DNA from: an uncultured Flavobacteriaceae bacterium
GTDB lineage: Bacteria; Bacteroidota; Bacteroidia; Flavobacteriales; Flavobacteriaceae
Reading direction: 5' to 3'
Assembly: GCA_964275995.1 (NCBI GenBank)
Contig: CAXYEG010000027.1
Location: 4,560 to 68,559, forward strand
DNA length: 64,000 nt
In this document: piece by piece, positions 20,225 to 31,285 of the stretch
Layout: every line of letters starts with the position of its first letter
Position numbering within the stretch: position 1 is the stretch's first letter
Position numbers and translations under genes: made by a program
The notes under the pieces: model-generated
The model's database searches: none
What the model was told of the DNA's origin: nothing
What the model saw: the letters and a program-made list of their open reading frames with translations, nothing else

Positions 20225-21247
20225 TTAAAACAACCCTTTTTGTTTGTTTGCTTTAATTTTTCCAAGATGTTTATATGCAATATCCATAACTTCTCTGCCT
20301 CGAGGGGTTCTCATAATAAAACCTTGCTGAATTAAAAATGGCTCATATACCTCTTCGATTGTTTCAGCATTTTCTCCAACAGCAGTAGAAAGAGTATTTA
20401 AACCAACTGGGCCACCATTAAACTTATCAATGATAGTATTAAGAATTTTATTATCCATCTCATCAAGTCCATATTTATCAACATTAAGTGCTTGTAAACT
20501 ACTTTTAGAAATTTTAAGATCTATTTCACCATTGCCTTTAATTTGGGCAAAATCACGAACTCTCCTTAAAAGTGCGTTTGCTATTCTAGGTGTACCTCTA
20601 CTTCTTCCAGCAATTTCAACAGATGCTTCATCTGAAATAGGAACATTTAAAATATCAGCACTTCTTTTAATTATTGTAGACAAAACTTCTTTAGTATAAT
20701 ACTCAAGCCTGCTTGTAATTCCAAATCTAGCTCTCATTGGTGCAGTTAATAATCCTGATCTAGTTGTCGCACCAATTAAAGTAAAAGGGTTAAGGTTAAT
20801 TTGTACTGATCTAGCATTTGGTCCAGATTCAATCATAATATCAATCTTATAATCTTCCATAGCAGAATAAAGATATTCTTCAACTATTGGACTTAATCTG
20901 TGAATTTCATCAATAAATAAAACGTCTCTTTCTTCTAAGTTCGTTAGAAGCCCTGCTAAATCCCCTGGCTTATCTAAAACAGGTCCAGATGAAACTTTTA
21001 TACCAACATTTAATTCATTAGCTAAAATATTAGCCAAAGTTGTTTTACCAAGTCCAGGAGGACCGTGAAACAATGTATGATCCAAAGCATCATTTCTTTG
21101 ATTTGAAGCCTGAATGAATATTTTTAAATTTTCTAATATATGATCTTGTCCTGTAAAGTCTGCAAATGATAATGGCCTTAAGGTTTGTTCGAACTCGTGC
21201 TCATCGGATGATAAGCTATTTGAAGATGGATCTAGATTTTCGTTCAT
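20225..21247 (-). CDS. ruvB: Holliday junction DNA helicase RuvB
   Basis: 340 aa. Walker [10 protein letters not shown] and Walker B LFIDEIHR. Confidence 0.97.
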   Translation of the reverse strand: MNENLDPSSNSLSSDEHEFEQTLRPLSFADFTGQDHILENLKIFIQASNQRNDALDHTLFHGPPGLGKTTLANILANELNVGIKVSSGPVLDKPGDLAGLLTNLEERDVLFIDEIHRLSPIVEEYLYSAMEDYKIDIMIESGPNARSVQINLNPFTLIGATTRSGLLTAPMRARFGITSRLEYYTKEVLSTIIKRSADILNVPISDEASVEIAGRSRGTPRIANALLRRVRDFAQIKGNGEIDLKISKSSLQALNVDKYGLDEMDNKILNTIIDKFNGGPVGLNTLSTAVGENAETIEEVYEPFLIQQGFIMRTPRGREVMDIAYKHLGKIKANKQKGLF

Positions 21248-21251
21248 AAAA

Positions 21252-21259
21252 CAAATATA
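21252..21259 (-). promoter_or_regulatory. possible -7 box TATATTTG only 4 nt from the ruvB ATG
   Basis: Plus strand reads caaatata. If functional, the ruvB mRNA would be leaderless or nearly so. Confidence 0.3.
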
Positions 21260-21262
21260 AAG

Positions 21263-21292
21263 AAAAAGCCTTTCTAAAAAGAAAGGCTTTTT
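21263..21292 (-). terminator. intrinsic terminator hairpin downstream of ctaD
   Basis: Perfect 12-bp stem aaaaagcctttc / gaaaggcttttt with a 6-nt loop. T-rich on both strands. Lies 24 nt after the ctaD stop. Confidence 0.55.
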
Positions 21293-21315
21293 TATATAAT
21301 CATATTTAGTGAATA

Positions 21316-23103
21316 TTAATATTCAATTTCATCTTTTTTCATTGGCCTAATCTGAGGAACAAAATCCTCTTCATATCCAGGCTTACTATAGTCATAAGGC
21401 CATCTGAAAACTTCAGGGATTTTACCTTGCCAGTTCCCATGAATATGTTTCATTGATGCTGTCCATTCTAACGTATTCGATTTCCAAGGGTTTTGAGGAG
21501 ATTTTTTTCCATAAAACATACTGTAAATAAAATTATACAAAAATACGATTTGTATTAATCCTCCTACTATAGCAAAACCTGTAATAATTTTGTTTGTATC
21601 AGCTAAATCATCAAATAACGGGAAATTAGAGTTTGTATAATATCTTCTTGGAAGACCTGCCATTCCAATAAAGTGCATTGGGAAAAATACTCCATAAGCA
21701 CAAATAGCAGTCACCCAGAAGTGTACATATCCAAGGTTTTTATTTAACATTCTATTAAATAGCATAGGGAACCAATGATAGACCCCAGAGAATAATCCAT
21801 ATAAGGCAGAAATACCCATAACTAAATGAAAATGAGCAACCACAAAATATGTATCATGTAGGTTTATATCAAGTGCACTATCTCCTAGAATAATACCTGT
21901 TAATCCACCAGTAATAAATGTTGAAACAAAGCCAATTGAAAATAACATAGCAGGGTTAAACTGTATATTACCTTTCCACAATGTGGTTATATAATTAAAA
22001 GCTTTTACAGCAGATGGAATTGCGATTAATAAAGTTGTAAATGTAAATACAGATCCTAAGAATGGGTTCATTCCAGAAATAAACATATGATGACCCCAAA
22101 CAATTGTAGATAAAAATGCTATTGCAAGAATTGATAAAATCATTGCTTTATAACCAAAAATTGGTTTTCTGGAGTTTGTCGCAATAACTTCTGATGCAAT
22201 CCCTAATGCTGGTAATAAAACAATATATACTTCAGGGTGGCCAAGAAACCAAAACAAATGCTCAAATAAAACTGGTGATCCTCCTTGATAATGTAAAACT
22301 TCTCCTTGAATAAAAATATCTGATAGGAAAAATGAAGTTCCGAAAGATCTATCCATTATTAATAATAACGCAGCAGATAGTAACACGGGGAAAGAAATAA
22401 CTCCAATTATTGCAGTAACAAAAAATGCCCAAATAGTCAATGGCATTCTTGTCAGTGTCATTCCTTTAGTTCTTAAGTTTATAACAGTTACTATATAATT
22501 TAACGAACCTAGCAAAGAAGATGCAATAAAAATTGCCATTGATACTAACCACAAAGTCATTCCTAATCCTGAACCACCCTGAGCTAACTCAACAGCACTT
22601 AAAGGGGGGTAAATAGTCCATCCAGCTGCAGCTGGACCTGCTTCAACAAATATTGAAGCTACCATGATAACAGTAGATAAGAAAAATAACCAAAATGAAA
22701 CCATATTTAAAAATCCTGATGCCATATCTCTGGCTCCTAATTGAAGTGGAATTAGCAAATTACTAAAGGTTCCACTTAATCCTGCAGTTAGAACAAAGAA
22801 TACCATTATAGTTCCGTGCATAGTAACAAGCGCTAGATATATATCTGCGTCCATTACACCATCAGGTGCCCACTTTCCTAGAAAAAATTCAAAAATTATA
22901 TTTGGTTCTTCTGGCCAAGCAATTTGTAATCTCATTAAAAGAGACATTAAAATTCCTATAACACCCATAAAAAGAACTCCAGTAATCAAATATTGCTTAG
23001 CAATCATTTTATGATCCTGGCTAAATATATACTTAGTAATAAAAGTTTCCTTATGATGATGTCCGTGATCTTCTTTTGGATCAATTTCTATATATTCTGA
23101 CAT
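21316..23103 (-). CDS. ctaD: cytochrome c oxidase subunit I
   Basis: 595 aa. [19 protein letters not shown] and HFHLV signatures. Confidence 0.97.
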   Translation of the reverse strand: MSEYIEIDPKEDHGHHHKETFITKYIFSQDHKMIAKQYLITGVLFMGVIGILMSLLMRLQIAWPEEPNIIFEFFLGKWAPDGVMDADIYLALVTMHGTIMVFFVLTAGLSGTFSNLLIPLQLGARDMASGFLNMVSFWLFFLSTVIMVASIFVEAGPAAAGWTIYPPLSAVELAQGGSGLGMTLWLVSMAIFIASSLLGSLNYIVTVINLRTKGMTLTRMPLTIWAFFVTAIIGVISFPVLLSAALLLIMDRSFGTSFFLSDIFIQGEVLHYQGGSPVLFEHLFWFLGHPEVYIVLLPALGIASEVIATNSRKPIFGYKAMILSILAIAFLSTIVWGHHMFISGMNPFLGSVFTFTTLLIAIPSAVKAFNYITTLWKGNIQFNPAMLFSIGFVSTFITGGLTGIILGDSALDINLHDTYFVVAHFHLVMGISALYGLFSGVYHWFPMLFNRMLNKNLGYVHFWVTAICAYGVFFPMHFIGMAGLPRRYYTNSNFPLFDDLADTNKIITGFAIVGGLIQIVFLYNFIYSMFYGKKSPQNPWKSNTLEWTASMKHIHGNWQGKIPEVFRWPYDYSKPGYEEDFVPQIRPMKKDEIEY

Positions 23104-23113
23104 ACTGTAAATA

Positions 23114-24196
23114 TTATTTTTGAGCTGTTAATGAATTTTTAAATTTAGTCTGCTGATTAATCCAGGTGTCAAATTCTTCCTGTGTTTCGACAACTATTTT
23201 CATTTGCATATTGTAATGAGATTTACCACAGATTTTATTACACAATAAAAGATAGTCAAATTCATAAGGATCTAAAATCTCTTCCCCTTTTTCTTGTAAT
23301 TCCTTGCTTTTTTCAGCCCTTATATTGTTAATATTTAATATTTTCTCTATCATCTCAGGTGTTTTCCTCATATCTACAGTGGTAACACTTGGAGTAAATC
23401 CAAATTGAGTAATCATCCCAGGAACACAATTCATTTGTGCCCTAAAGTGAGGCATGTATGCTGAATGTAAAACATCTTGAGATCTCATTTTAAACAACAC
23501 TGGCTTTCCTACCGGTAAGTGAAGTTCAGTGGTAATGATATCATCTTGTGCATTTGGATCAAATTCATCAAGACCTAAAATATTTGCTCTATCAATATCA
23601 ATTAATCTTACATTGGATTTACCTAGAGCATTATCTTCTCCTGAATACCTCGCTTTCCAGTTAAATTGTTGAGCATATAACTCAATTACAATTGGGTCTT
23701 CATCTTGATCTACATTCATAATATCTGACCAAGTCAATAGCCCGTAGGTTATTAATATAGTAAGAACTACAGCAGGAATAATTGTCCATAAAAACTCTAA
23801 CTTATGGTTATCAGAGTAGAATAAAGCTTTTCTTCCTTTTTGACCTTTATACTTGTATGCAAAATAATACAAGAAAAATTGAGTTACTGTTTGAACAAAG
23901 AAAATAAGCACCATGGATATCATCATAAGATCATCAATCTTAGATCCATGAACAGATGCTGAATTCGACATAAGTGGAAAGTCTCCGTATCTAATAAAAC
24001 AAATAATTGTTATAACATAAATAAATATTAGGAAACCTAACATTAAATAACCGTTTATCTTATTATCCTTATCATTAGCGATTTGCGAACTATCTTTAGC
24101 AACAGTATTGACTTGAGTCAAGTCATATATTTTAACTATCTGCCAGATAGCTGTTACTACAAAAAATAAAATTAAAATTGTCAAAAAAGTACTCAT
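23114..24196 (-). CDS. ctaC: cytochrome c oxidase subunit II (CuA, no fused heme c domain)
   Basis: 360 aa. CuA ligand pattern HS...CNKICGKSHYNM. No CxxCH motif. Confidence 0.9.
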   Translation of the reverse strand: MSTFLTILILFFVVTAIWQIVKIYDLTQVNTVAKDSSQIANDKDNKINGYLMLGFLIFIYVITIICFIRYGDFPLMSNSASVHGSKIDDLMMISMVLIFFVQTVTQFFLYYFAYKYKGQKGRKALFYSDNHKLEFLWTIIPAVVLTILITYGLLTWSDIMNVDQDEDPIVIELYAQQFNWKARYSGEDNALGKSNVRLIDIDRANILGLDEFDPNAQDDIITTELHLPVGKPVLFKMRSQDVLHSAYMPHFRAQMNCVPGMITQFGFTPSVTTVDMRKTPEMIEKILNINNIRAEKSKELQEKGEEILDPYEFDYLLLCNKICGKSHYNMQMKIVVETQEEFDTWINQQTKFKNSLTAQK

Positions 24197-24213
24197 TTAT
24201 ATATACTTAAATA

Positions 24214-25544
24214 TTAATAATGAAAGTTTTCACTTTCTTTAATGTACGGGTTGCCCTTAGCTATTAGTGGTGCTTTTGACAATGAATAAAAAACAATCAA
24301 TAAAAACAATCCAGAAAATAATGCTAATGCACTAATCTCAGGTAAACCAAAGTACCACCTATCGACTACAGTCGCTGGCATAATCATGTTGAAAACATCA
24401 ACATAATGTCCAACTAATATAACTATACCGGCCATAACAATAAACCAAGGAATTCGTTTGTAATCACTGTTTATCAAAACTAAAAAAGGGAAAATAAAAT
24501 TCATAATAATCATACCAAAAAACGGAATAGTATAATCTTCAATTCTGGTGATATAGTAAGTAACTTCTTCTGGAATGTTTGCATACCATATTAACATAAA
24601 TTGAGAAAACCATAAGTAAGTCCAAAATACACTAAAACCAAACATAAATTTAGCTAAATCATGTAGATGACTATCGTTAACTTCATCAAGATGTCCTTTA
24701 GATTTTAGATAGATAGTAATTAAAGCTATTACAGTTATCCCACTAACTAACATACTTGCTAGTAAATACCATCCAAACAAGGTGCTAAACCAATGAGGGT
24801 CAACACTCATAATCCAATCCCAAGACATCATAGATTCAGTGTATATAAAAAACACTAAAAAGGCTGCAGATATTCTAAAATTTAATTTAAAATATTTATT
24901 CCCGGTATCATTGTCTTGTGCTAAAGAAAATTTTCTAGAGAAATATCTATATAAACTCCATCCTCCAATAAATATTAAAGCTCTAATAATAAACCAAGGT
25001 TTATTTAACCAACTTGATTTTCCTTGAATTAATTCATCATGTGCCACCACTTCGGGATCCATCCAAATAAAAATATGTTTATCACCTATAATTGCAATTA
25101 ATAAAACAATAAGTGCACCTGGCAATAAGTAATAAGTAATAGCTTCCATAACTCTATATAGTACTGGTGACCACCCAGCTTGAGAAGCATATTGTATTGC
25201 ATAAAAAGCGAGTACACCAAGGGCTATCATCATGAAGAAGAAAGCAGCCACATACAATGCTGCATAAGGTCTATTGTGAATTTGATGCATCACATGTTCT
25301 GCATGTGTATCCTCATTTGAATGATGAGATAATTCAGAATGGCTATCCTCATTTGATTCAGATGCATGATGTGCAACTTCATGAGAATCCCGTGTGAATC
25401 TCCATGAGAAGATTCATGGGCTAAAATTTCTTTTACTTCTTCTAAAGATTTGTGTGAATTCACATAACTGTAACTCCAACCTAAAGCTCCCAGTATAATT
25501 AGGGAGATAGAAAATATTTTTAATCTGTTTGAAATAGTGTACAT
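24214..25544 (-). pseudogene. actF: alternative complex III subunit ActF (quinol:cytochrome c oxidoreductase membrane subunit), frame interrupted once
   Basis: ORF-track fragments 25290..25544 and 24214..25293. Reading one base further after cac ggg (plus ccc 25389-25391) gives a continuous ...HGDSHGDSHEVAHHASESNEDSHSELSHHSNEDTHAEHVMHQIHNRPYAALYV... The combined length of about 443 aa fits ActF. Confidence 0.75.
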
Positions 25545-25562
25545 TTTTTCTAAACCTTTATT

Positions 25563-26147
25563 TTAATTTTCTAAATCTGATTTTAATTTTAAAACATAAT
25601 GAGTAACTAACCATCTTTCCTCTTCGTTTAATTGACCAGCATAAGAGCCCATAGAGTTTTTACCATAAAAAATAGTATGGTAAATACTTCCTTCATTGAT
25701 AGCTCTACCTACATCTGAATAACTTGGTATCCCTAAGATCTTTTCTCTTTTAACTAATATCCCTTGACCAGCACCTTTATTTCCATGACATACAGCACAA
25801 TAAACATTATATAATTCTTTACCTGTCTTTAAATCAACTTCGGGAGATGATGTAAAAGGACTTTTTAATTCCTTTTTGGCTAACTCATAACCAGCTGTGT
25901 TATTATCAAATTCAAATAATGAATAACCTCTTGCAATTGTACCCTCTGGGGGTATTAATGCAGAATTTCCGTCTACAAAATTATCATATTCTCCATAAGT
26001 GTCATATGGAATTGACCTATACATATTAGGCATATATTCATAGTTACGAGAATCCTTAGAGTTACAGGAACTTAAAGATCCCATAACCAAAGTAATTATT
26101 AATATTTTAAATATGTTTCTCATAATATTAATGTGATTCTTTTTCAA
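25563..26147 (-). CDS. actE: alternative complex III subunit ActE, monoheme cytochrome c lipoprotein
   Basis: 194 aa with one CAVCHG heme motif. The alternative start at M9 (26121-26123) gives a clean lipoprotein signal MRNIFKILIITLVMGSLSSC and removes the 20-nt overlap with actD. Confidence 0.8.
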   Translation of the reverse strand: MKKNHINIMRNIFKILIITLVMGSLSSCNSKDSRNYEYMPNMYRSIPYDTYGEYDNFVDGNSALIPPEGTIARGYSLFEFDNNTAGYELAKKELKSPFTSSPEVDLKTGKELYNVYCAVCHGNKGAGQGILVKREKILGIPSYSDVGRAINEGSIYHTIFYGKNSMGSYAGQLNEEERWLVTHYVLKLKSDLEN

Positions 26148-26661
26148 TAATTTTTATTTCTACAGCTCCAGATTTTTTAAGGATTTTTTCAAGATCTTTA
26201 AGTTTATTAGAGGGGTCGATTTCCATCAAAAAATGATCATCAGTTGTTCTTTTGTCTGGATTTTCAGCTTTTTTAAAAGGCCACATTCTACTTCTTAAAT
26301 AAAATGTAATTACCATCAAATGGGCTGCAAAAAATACTGTTAATTCGAACATGATTGGAACAAAAGAAGGCATATTTTCAATATAACTAAAGCTAGGTTT
26401 TCCACCTATATCCATAGGCCAATCTTCTATCATTATATAGTTCATCATCAAGATAGAGACAGTGAATCCAATACATCCATATATAAATGAAGCAATGGCT
26501 ATCCTGGTAGGCTCTAAGCCCATAGCTTTGTCTAGACCGTGAACAGGAAAAGGAGTGTAAATTTCTTCTATATGAAACTTCTCATCTTTAACCATTTTTA
26601 CAGCTGACAACAAAACATCATCATCATTATAAATAGCATGAACAAATTTTGAGGATCCCAT
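26128..26661 (-). CDS. actD: alternative complex III subunit ActD (DUF3341)
   Basis: 177 aa, two TM segments. Position between actC and actE. Confidence 0.8.
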   Translation of the reverse strand: MGSSKFVHAIYNDDDVLLSAVKMVKDEKFHIEEIYTPFPVHGLDKAMGLEPTRIAIASFIYGCIGFTVSILMMNYIMIEDWPMDIGGKPSFSYIENMPSFVPIMFELTVFFAAHLMVITFYLRSRMWPFKKAENPDKRTTDDHFLMEIDPSNKLKDLEKILKKSGAVEIKIIEKESH

Positions 26662-28121
26662 TACTTATTTGTTTTTTTAATTTTTTTAGTAGAAACTTTA
26701 GAAGTTCTTTTGTCAGCACCTGTACCAACTAAAGATTCTCCAGAGTCTCTTAAATTTTTATACCTCTCTCCAGAGCTCTTTAAAATAGTTTTAACTTCAG
26801 CTTGAGCAATAACAGGAAATGTTCTTGCGTACAGTAAAAACAACACAAAGAAAAACCCTATGGTACCAATAAATATACCTATCTCTACAAATGTTGGAGA
26901 GAACATAGTCCAAGATGAAGGTAAATAATCTCTATGTAATGAAGTAACTATAATTACAAATCTTTCAAACCACATTCCAACATTTACAACAATTGAAATA
27001 AAGAATGAAAACATTATACTTGTTCTTAGACGTTTTGACCACATAAATTGAGGAGAAAACACATTACAACTCATCATCATCCAATAAGCCCATGCATAGG
27101 GGCCGGTAGCTCTATTTAAAAAAGCATATTGTTCGTACTCAACTCCTGAATACCAGGCAATGAATAATTCTGTTATATAAGCGACTCCTACAATGGATCC
27201 AGTTATCATAATTACGATATTCATTAGTTCAATATGTTGAACCGTAATATAATCTTCCAAAGCACATACTTTTCTCATTATTATTAGCAATGTATTAACC
27301 ATTGCAAAACCAGAAAATATTGCACCTGCAACAAAATATGGTGGAAATATTGTAGTGTGCCAACCAGGGATAACCGATGTAGCAAAATCAAAAGACACAA
27401 TTGTATGTACCGATAAAACTAATGGGGTTGCTAAACCAGCTAAGACAAGAGATACTTCTTCAAATCTTTGCCAATCTTTAGCTCTACCAGACCAACCAAA
27501 GCTAAGAAGACTATATATTTTCTTTTGAAAAGGTTTTACAGCTCTATCTCTAATCATTGCAAAATCAGGCAGAAGTCCTGTCCACCAAAAGACGAGGGAT
27601 ACAGATAAATAAGTTGATATAGCGAAAACATCCCATAGTAATGGAGAGTTAAAATTGACCCATAAAGACCCAAATTGATTAGGGATTGGTAAAACCCAAT
27701 ATGCTAACCATGGTCTACCCATGTGAATTATTGGAAATAGACCTGCTTGAACAACCGAAAAAATAGTCATTGCCTCAGCAGATCTATTAATAGCCATCCT
27801 CCATTTTTGTCTAAAAATTAATAATACAGCTGAAATTAAAGTTCCTGCGTGTCCAATTCCTACCCACCAAACAAAATTAGTGATATCCCAAGCCCATCCA
27901 ACAGTTTTGTTTAATCCCCAAACACCAATACCAGTAGAAATTGTGTAAATAATACACCCTATACCCCATAAAAATGCAGTAAGAGCTAATGAAAACACAA
28001 TCCACCATTGTTTATTTGCTTGACCTTCAACTGGTCTTGCAATATCAACAGAGACATCATGATAAGATTTCTCCCCTGCTACTAATGGTCTTCTAATAGG
28101 TGCTTCGTAATGAGACGCCAT
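26661..28121 (-). CDS. actC: alternative complex III subunit ActC (NrfD/PsrC-like quinol-interacting membrane subunit)
   Basis: 486 aa, polytopic. NrfD-like sequence directly after actB. Confidence 0.9.
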   Translation of the reverse strand: MASHYEAPIRRPLVAGEKSYHDVSVDIARPVEGQANKQWWIVFSLALTAFLWGIGCIIYTISTGIGVWGLNKTVGWAWDITNFVWWVGIGHAGTLISAVLLIFRQKWRMAINRSAEAMTIFSVVQAGLFPIIHMGRPWLAYWVLPIPNQFGSLWVNFNSPLLWDVFAISTYLSVSLVFWWTGLLPDFAMIRDRAVKPFQKKIYSLLSFGWSGRAKDWQRFEEVSLVLAGLATPLVLSVHTIVSFDFATSVIPGWHTTIFPPYFVAGAIFSGFAMVNTLLIIMRKVCALEDYITVQHIELMNIVIMITGSIVGVAYITELFIAWYSGVEYEQYAFLNRATGPYAWAYWMMMSCNVFSPQFMWSKRLRTSIMFSFFISIVVNVGMWFERFVIIVTSLHRDYLPSSWTMFSPTFVEIGIFIGTIGFFFVLFLLYARTFPVIAQAEVKTILKSSGERYKNLRDSGESLVGTGADKRTSKVSTKKIKKTNK

Positions 28122-28133
28122 AATACTATATTA

Positions 28134-31100
28134 TTAACTATTTTTATTATTTCTAACTTTAACTTGGTATACTACATTTGGCTTTGTGCCAACTGTATCT
28201 AACAAGTGATATGCACGATCATCTTTAATTAATTTTGAAATCGGGCTTGCCTCTTCATTTATATCGCCAAACCTCATTGCTCCACTACTACAAGCAGCTG
28301 AACATGCACAAGAGTCATTAAACTCTCCTTTTGAAACAGGACGACCTTCTAGCTTCGCTTTTAAAATCACAGATTGAGTTGTTTGAATACAGAAAGAACA
28401 TTTCTCCATAACCCCTCTTGATCTGACAGTAACATCAGGATTTAAAACCATTCTTCCAAGATCATCATTCATATGATAATCAAATTCATCATTCTCATTA
28501 TATAAGAACCAATTAAATCTTCTAACCTTGTAAGGGCAGTTATTTGCACAATACCTAGTACCTACACATCTATTATATGTCATTTGGTTTTGGCCCTGTC
28601 TACCGTGAGTAGTTGCAGCTACTGGGCAAACAGTTTCACATGGAGCATGATTACAATGTTGACACATTATCGGCTGAAAAGCAACTTGTGGATTGTCAGA
28701 TGGATTTTCCATTTCTCCAAAAGTAGATAAAGAACTACCTAAACCACTAATATCATCTTTTTTCTGATCGTCACTTTCAAAAGAATCTTCAGAAGAATAG
28801 TATCTATCAATTCTTAGCCAGTGCATATCACGACTTTTTCTGATTTCTTCTTTACCAACAACAGGTACATTATTTTCAGCATGACATGCAATAACACAAG
28901 CTCCACAGCCTGTACATGCGTTCAAATCTATTGATAAATTAAAATGATGTCCAATTGATCTGTCAAATTCATCCCAAAGATCAACTGAAGGAGAAGAAAC
29001 TGGGGTTTCAATATGATTTAATGAAACTACTGCTTCAGGATTCCAATCATTTACATTTTTAGTGTTAAAAATCTCAAGGCTTGTTTCTTTAATAATATCA
29101 CCTCTACCCATTAGTGTATTGTGTAACTGGACACATGCAAACTCATGAATTTCGTCAGTAAAATTAATTTTAATAGACTGTGTAGATTTAAAATTCTTAA
29201 ATAACTTAAAGCCATTAACACCAGTCATCATAACATCTTTTACCCCTCTACTTCTACCATAACCAAAGGACAAACCTACGGTCCCACGTGCTTGACCTGG
29301 CTGAATCATTACTGGAACTTTTATTTCGGTATCTTCTAAACTGATAACAGCATACTTCCCATTTAATCCCCCATCAGCTCCATTTTTACTTTGATTAAAA
29401 AATGTAGATGGCTCAAGATAGAGATTAAGTTCTTTAGCATCTGCTTCAGAAATAGTTAGGTAATTATCCCAGGTAGTCCTAGTGATAGGGTCAGGAAATT
29501 CTTGTAGCCATGGATTGTTAGCACATTGACCGTCACCCATCCCAGTTTTAGAGTATAAATTTAACTCAAATGTATTATCTGATTTATCTTGAATTGAGCT
29601 AGCGAGTGCTAAAATATAGCTAGAGTTTTTATTGATCTCTTTTGCAAAACTATTTCTTGATTTAATAGAATTTTTATTTTCAAAAACACCATCATGCAAT
29701 GCTTGATTCCAAGTTTTATTATTTAAAATATTATTGTTCCAATTTGACTTTACATAATCGTGATAAGAAATACTATTATTATTCCAAAATAATAATACTT
29801 CTTGAAATTGTTTAGTATCAAATATAGGTCTAATAGTTGGCTGAGTTATTGAAAATTCACCTTTAGACATTTCTGTATCCCCCCAAGATTCAAGATAATG
29901 TGGAGCAGCAGCGAGGTAATTTACATGAAAAGCTGTTTCGTCATTCTTCATTGAAAACAATACAGACATTTCTGTCTTTTTTAATCCTTCTATAAAAGCA
30001 TTTGAGTTAGATAAAGTGTAAACTGGATTAACTCCTGCCATAATTATGGCTCCAACATTACCATCATTCATGTCTTTAATTAGTTCTGTTATTTCTTTAT
30101 CATTTCCTTGTCTAGTTAATATAGTTTTCTCAGGTTGAAAAGCATTAGAATTTAATCTTTGATTAATGTCAAGAACCAAGCTTTGGTATTCTGCATCTTG
30201 GATTCCTGAAACAACTACTGGGTTATTACTTTCTAGTAATTCCTTCATTAGACCATTGACAACTTTAACAAGTTTATCACTAAGATTTATATCAGCTGGT
30301 GTATTAAATAGTTTAGAATAAATAGATAATAGCACAAGTTTTTGATCATTCTGATTTACAGGATATCTATTGTCTGCATTTGCTCCAGTTAAAGACATAT
30401 TAGCTTCAAAATGAACATGTCTAGACATTTTACCGTTGGTAGGAATTCTAGATTTTCCATACTTGGAGTCAAATCCGCCTCCTTGCCAATCTCCTAAAAT
30501 ATCTGCACCAATGGATATAATTAAATCTGCTAATGAAAAATCATAATTTGGCAAACCTCTTGATCCGTATTTAGCTTCATAGGCATCTAGTGCAGCTGAT
30601 TCAGAAACTGAATCGTAAACAACGTGTTTTGCATTAGAATAATTCTTTTTAAACTCCTTGATTAATTTGTGCGTAGAAGGACTGGCAAAAGTCTGAGTTA
30701 GAAGAACAATAGACTTAGAACTATTTTTTAATGAATTTAATTTTTTCTTTGTATCGCTATCAAACTCAGTCCAAGAACTTTCAACTTGATTTTTAAATGG
30801 CCTAGCTAATCTGAAACTATCATATAAATCTAATACAGAAGCTTGAACTCTAGCATTTGCAGAAGCAGATATTGGAGCTAATTTGTTTAATTCAACCTTA
30901 ATTGGTCTTCCTTCTCTAGTCTTTATCAAAACATTAGCAAAATCATAACCATTTGCAATGGTAGTTGCATAATAATTTGCAATACCAGGAATTATTTGTT
31001 CGGGTTGAACAACGTAAGGAATAGATTTGATTACTGGACCTTCACAAGCTGCTAGAGATGCGGCAGCAGTACTAAACCCTACAAATTTTAAAAAATCTCT

Positions 31101-31265
31101 TCTTGAAGTTGAAGAATTTGATAAGTTTTTTTCATCACCTAGAAATTCATCAACAGGAATTTCTTCAATAAATTCTTTCTGACCTAGAAACTCTAATGCA
31201 CTATTATTTGCCGGATTTAACTCCGCTAAATTTTTCCAATATTTCTTATTCTTATTTGATGACAT
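28134..31265 (-). CDS. actB: alternative complex III subunit ActB (molybdopterin-oxidoreductase-like plus 4Fe-4S domains)
   Basis: 1043 aa. Tat signal SRRDFLKF. Ferredoxin motifs CTGCGACVIACHAEN, CQHCNHAPCETVCP and CVGTRYCANNCPY. Confidence 0.9.
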   Translation of the reverse strand: MSSNKNKKYWKNLAELNPANNSALEFLGQKEFIEEIPVDEFLGDEKNLSNSSTSRRDFLKFVGFSTAAASLAACEGPVIKSIPYVVQPEQIIPGIANYYATTIANGYDFANVLIKTREGRPIKVELNKLAPISASANARVQASVLDLYDSFRLARPFKNQVESSWTEFDSDTKKKLNSLKNSSKSIVLLTQTFASPSTHKLIKEFKKNYSNAKHVVYDSVSESAALDAYEAKYGSRGLPNYDFSLADLIISIGADILGDWQGGGFDSKYGKSRIPTNGKMSRHVHFEANMSLTGANADNRYPVNQNDQKLVLLSIYSKLFNTPADINLSDKLVKVVNGLMKELLESNNPVVVSGIQDAEYQSLVLDINQRLNSNAFQPEKTILTRQGNDKEITELIKDMNDGNVGAIIMAGVNPVYTLSNSNAFIEGLKKTEMSVLFSMKNDETAFHVNYLAAAPHYLESWGDTEMSKGEFSITQPTIRPIFDTKQFQEVLLFWNNNSISYHDYVKSNWNNNILNNKTWNQALHDGVFENKNSIKSRNSFAKEINKNSSYILALASSIQDKSDNTFELNLYSKTGMGDGQCANNPWLQEFPDPITRTTWDNYLTISEADAKELNLYLEPSTFFNQSKNGADGGLNGKYAVISLEDTEIKVPVMIQPGQARGTVGLSFGYGRSRGVKDVMMTGVNGFKLFKNFKSTQSIKINFTDEIHEFACVQLHNTLMGRGDIIKETSLEIFNTKNVNDWNPEAVVSLNHIETPVSSPSVDLWDEFDRSIGHHFNLSIDLNACTGCGACVIACHAENNVPVVGKEEIRKSRDMHWLRIDRYYSSEDSFESDDQKKDDISGLGSSLSTFGEMENPSDNPQVAFQPIMCQHCNHAPCETVCPVAATTHGRQGQNQMTYNRCVGTRYCANNCPYKVRRFNWFLYNENDEFDYHMNDDLGRMVLNPDVTVRSRGVMEKCSFCIQTTQSVILKAKLEGRPVSKGEFNDSCACSAACSSGAMRFGDINEEASPISKLIKDDRAYHLLDTVGTKPNVVYQVKVRNNKNS

Positions 31266-31285
31266 AAATAATTATATATAAAATA

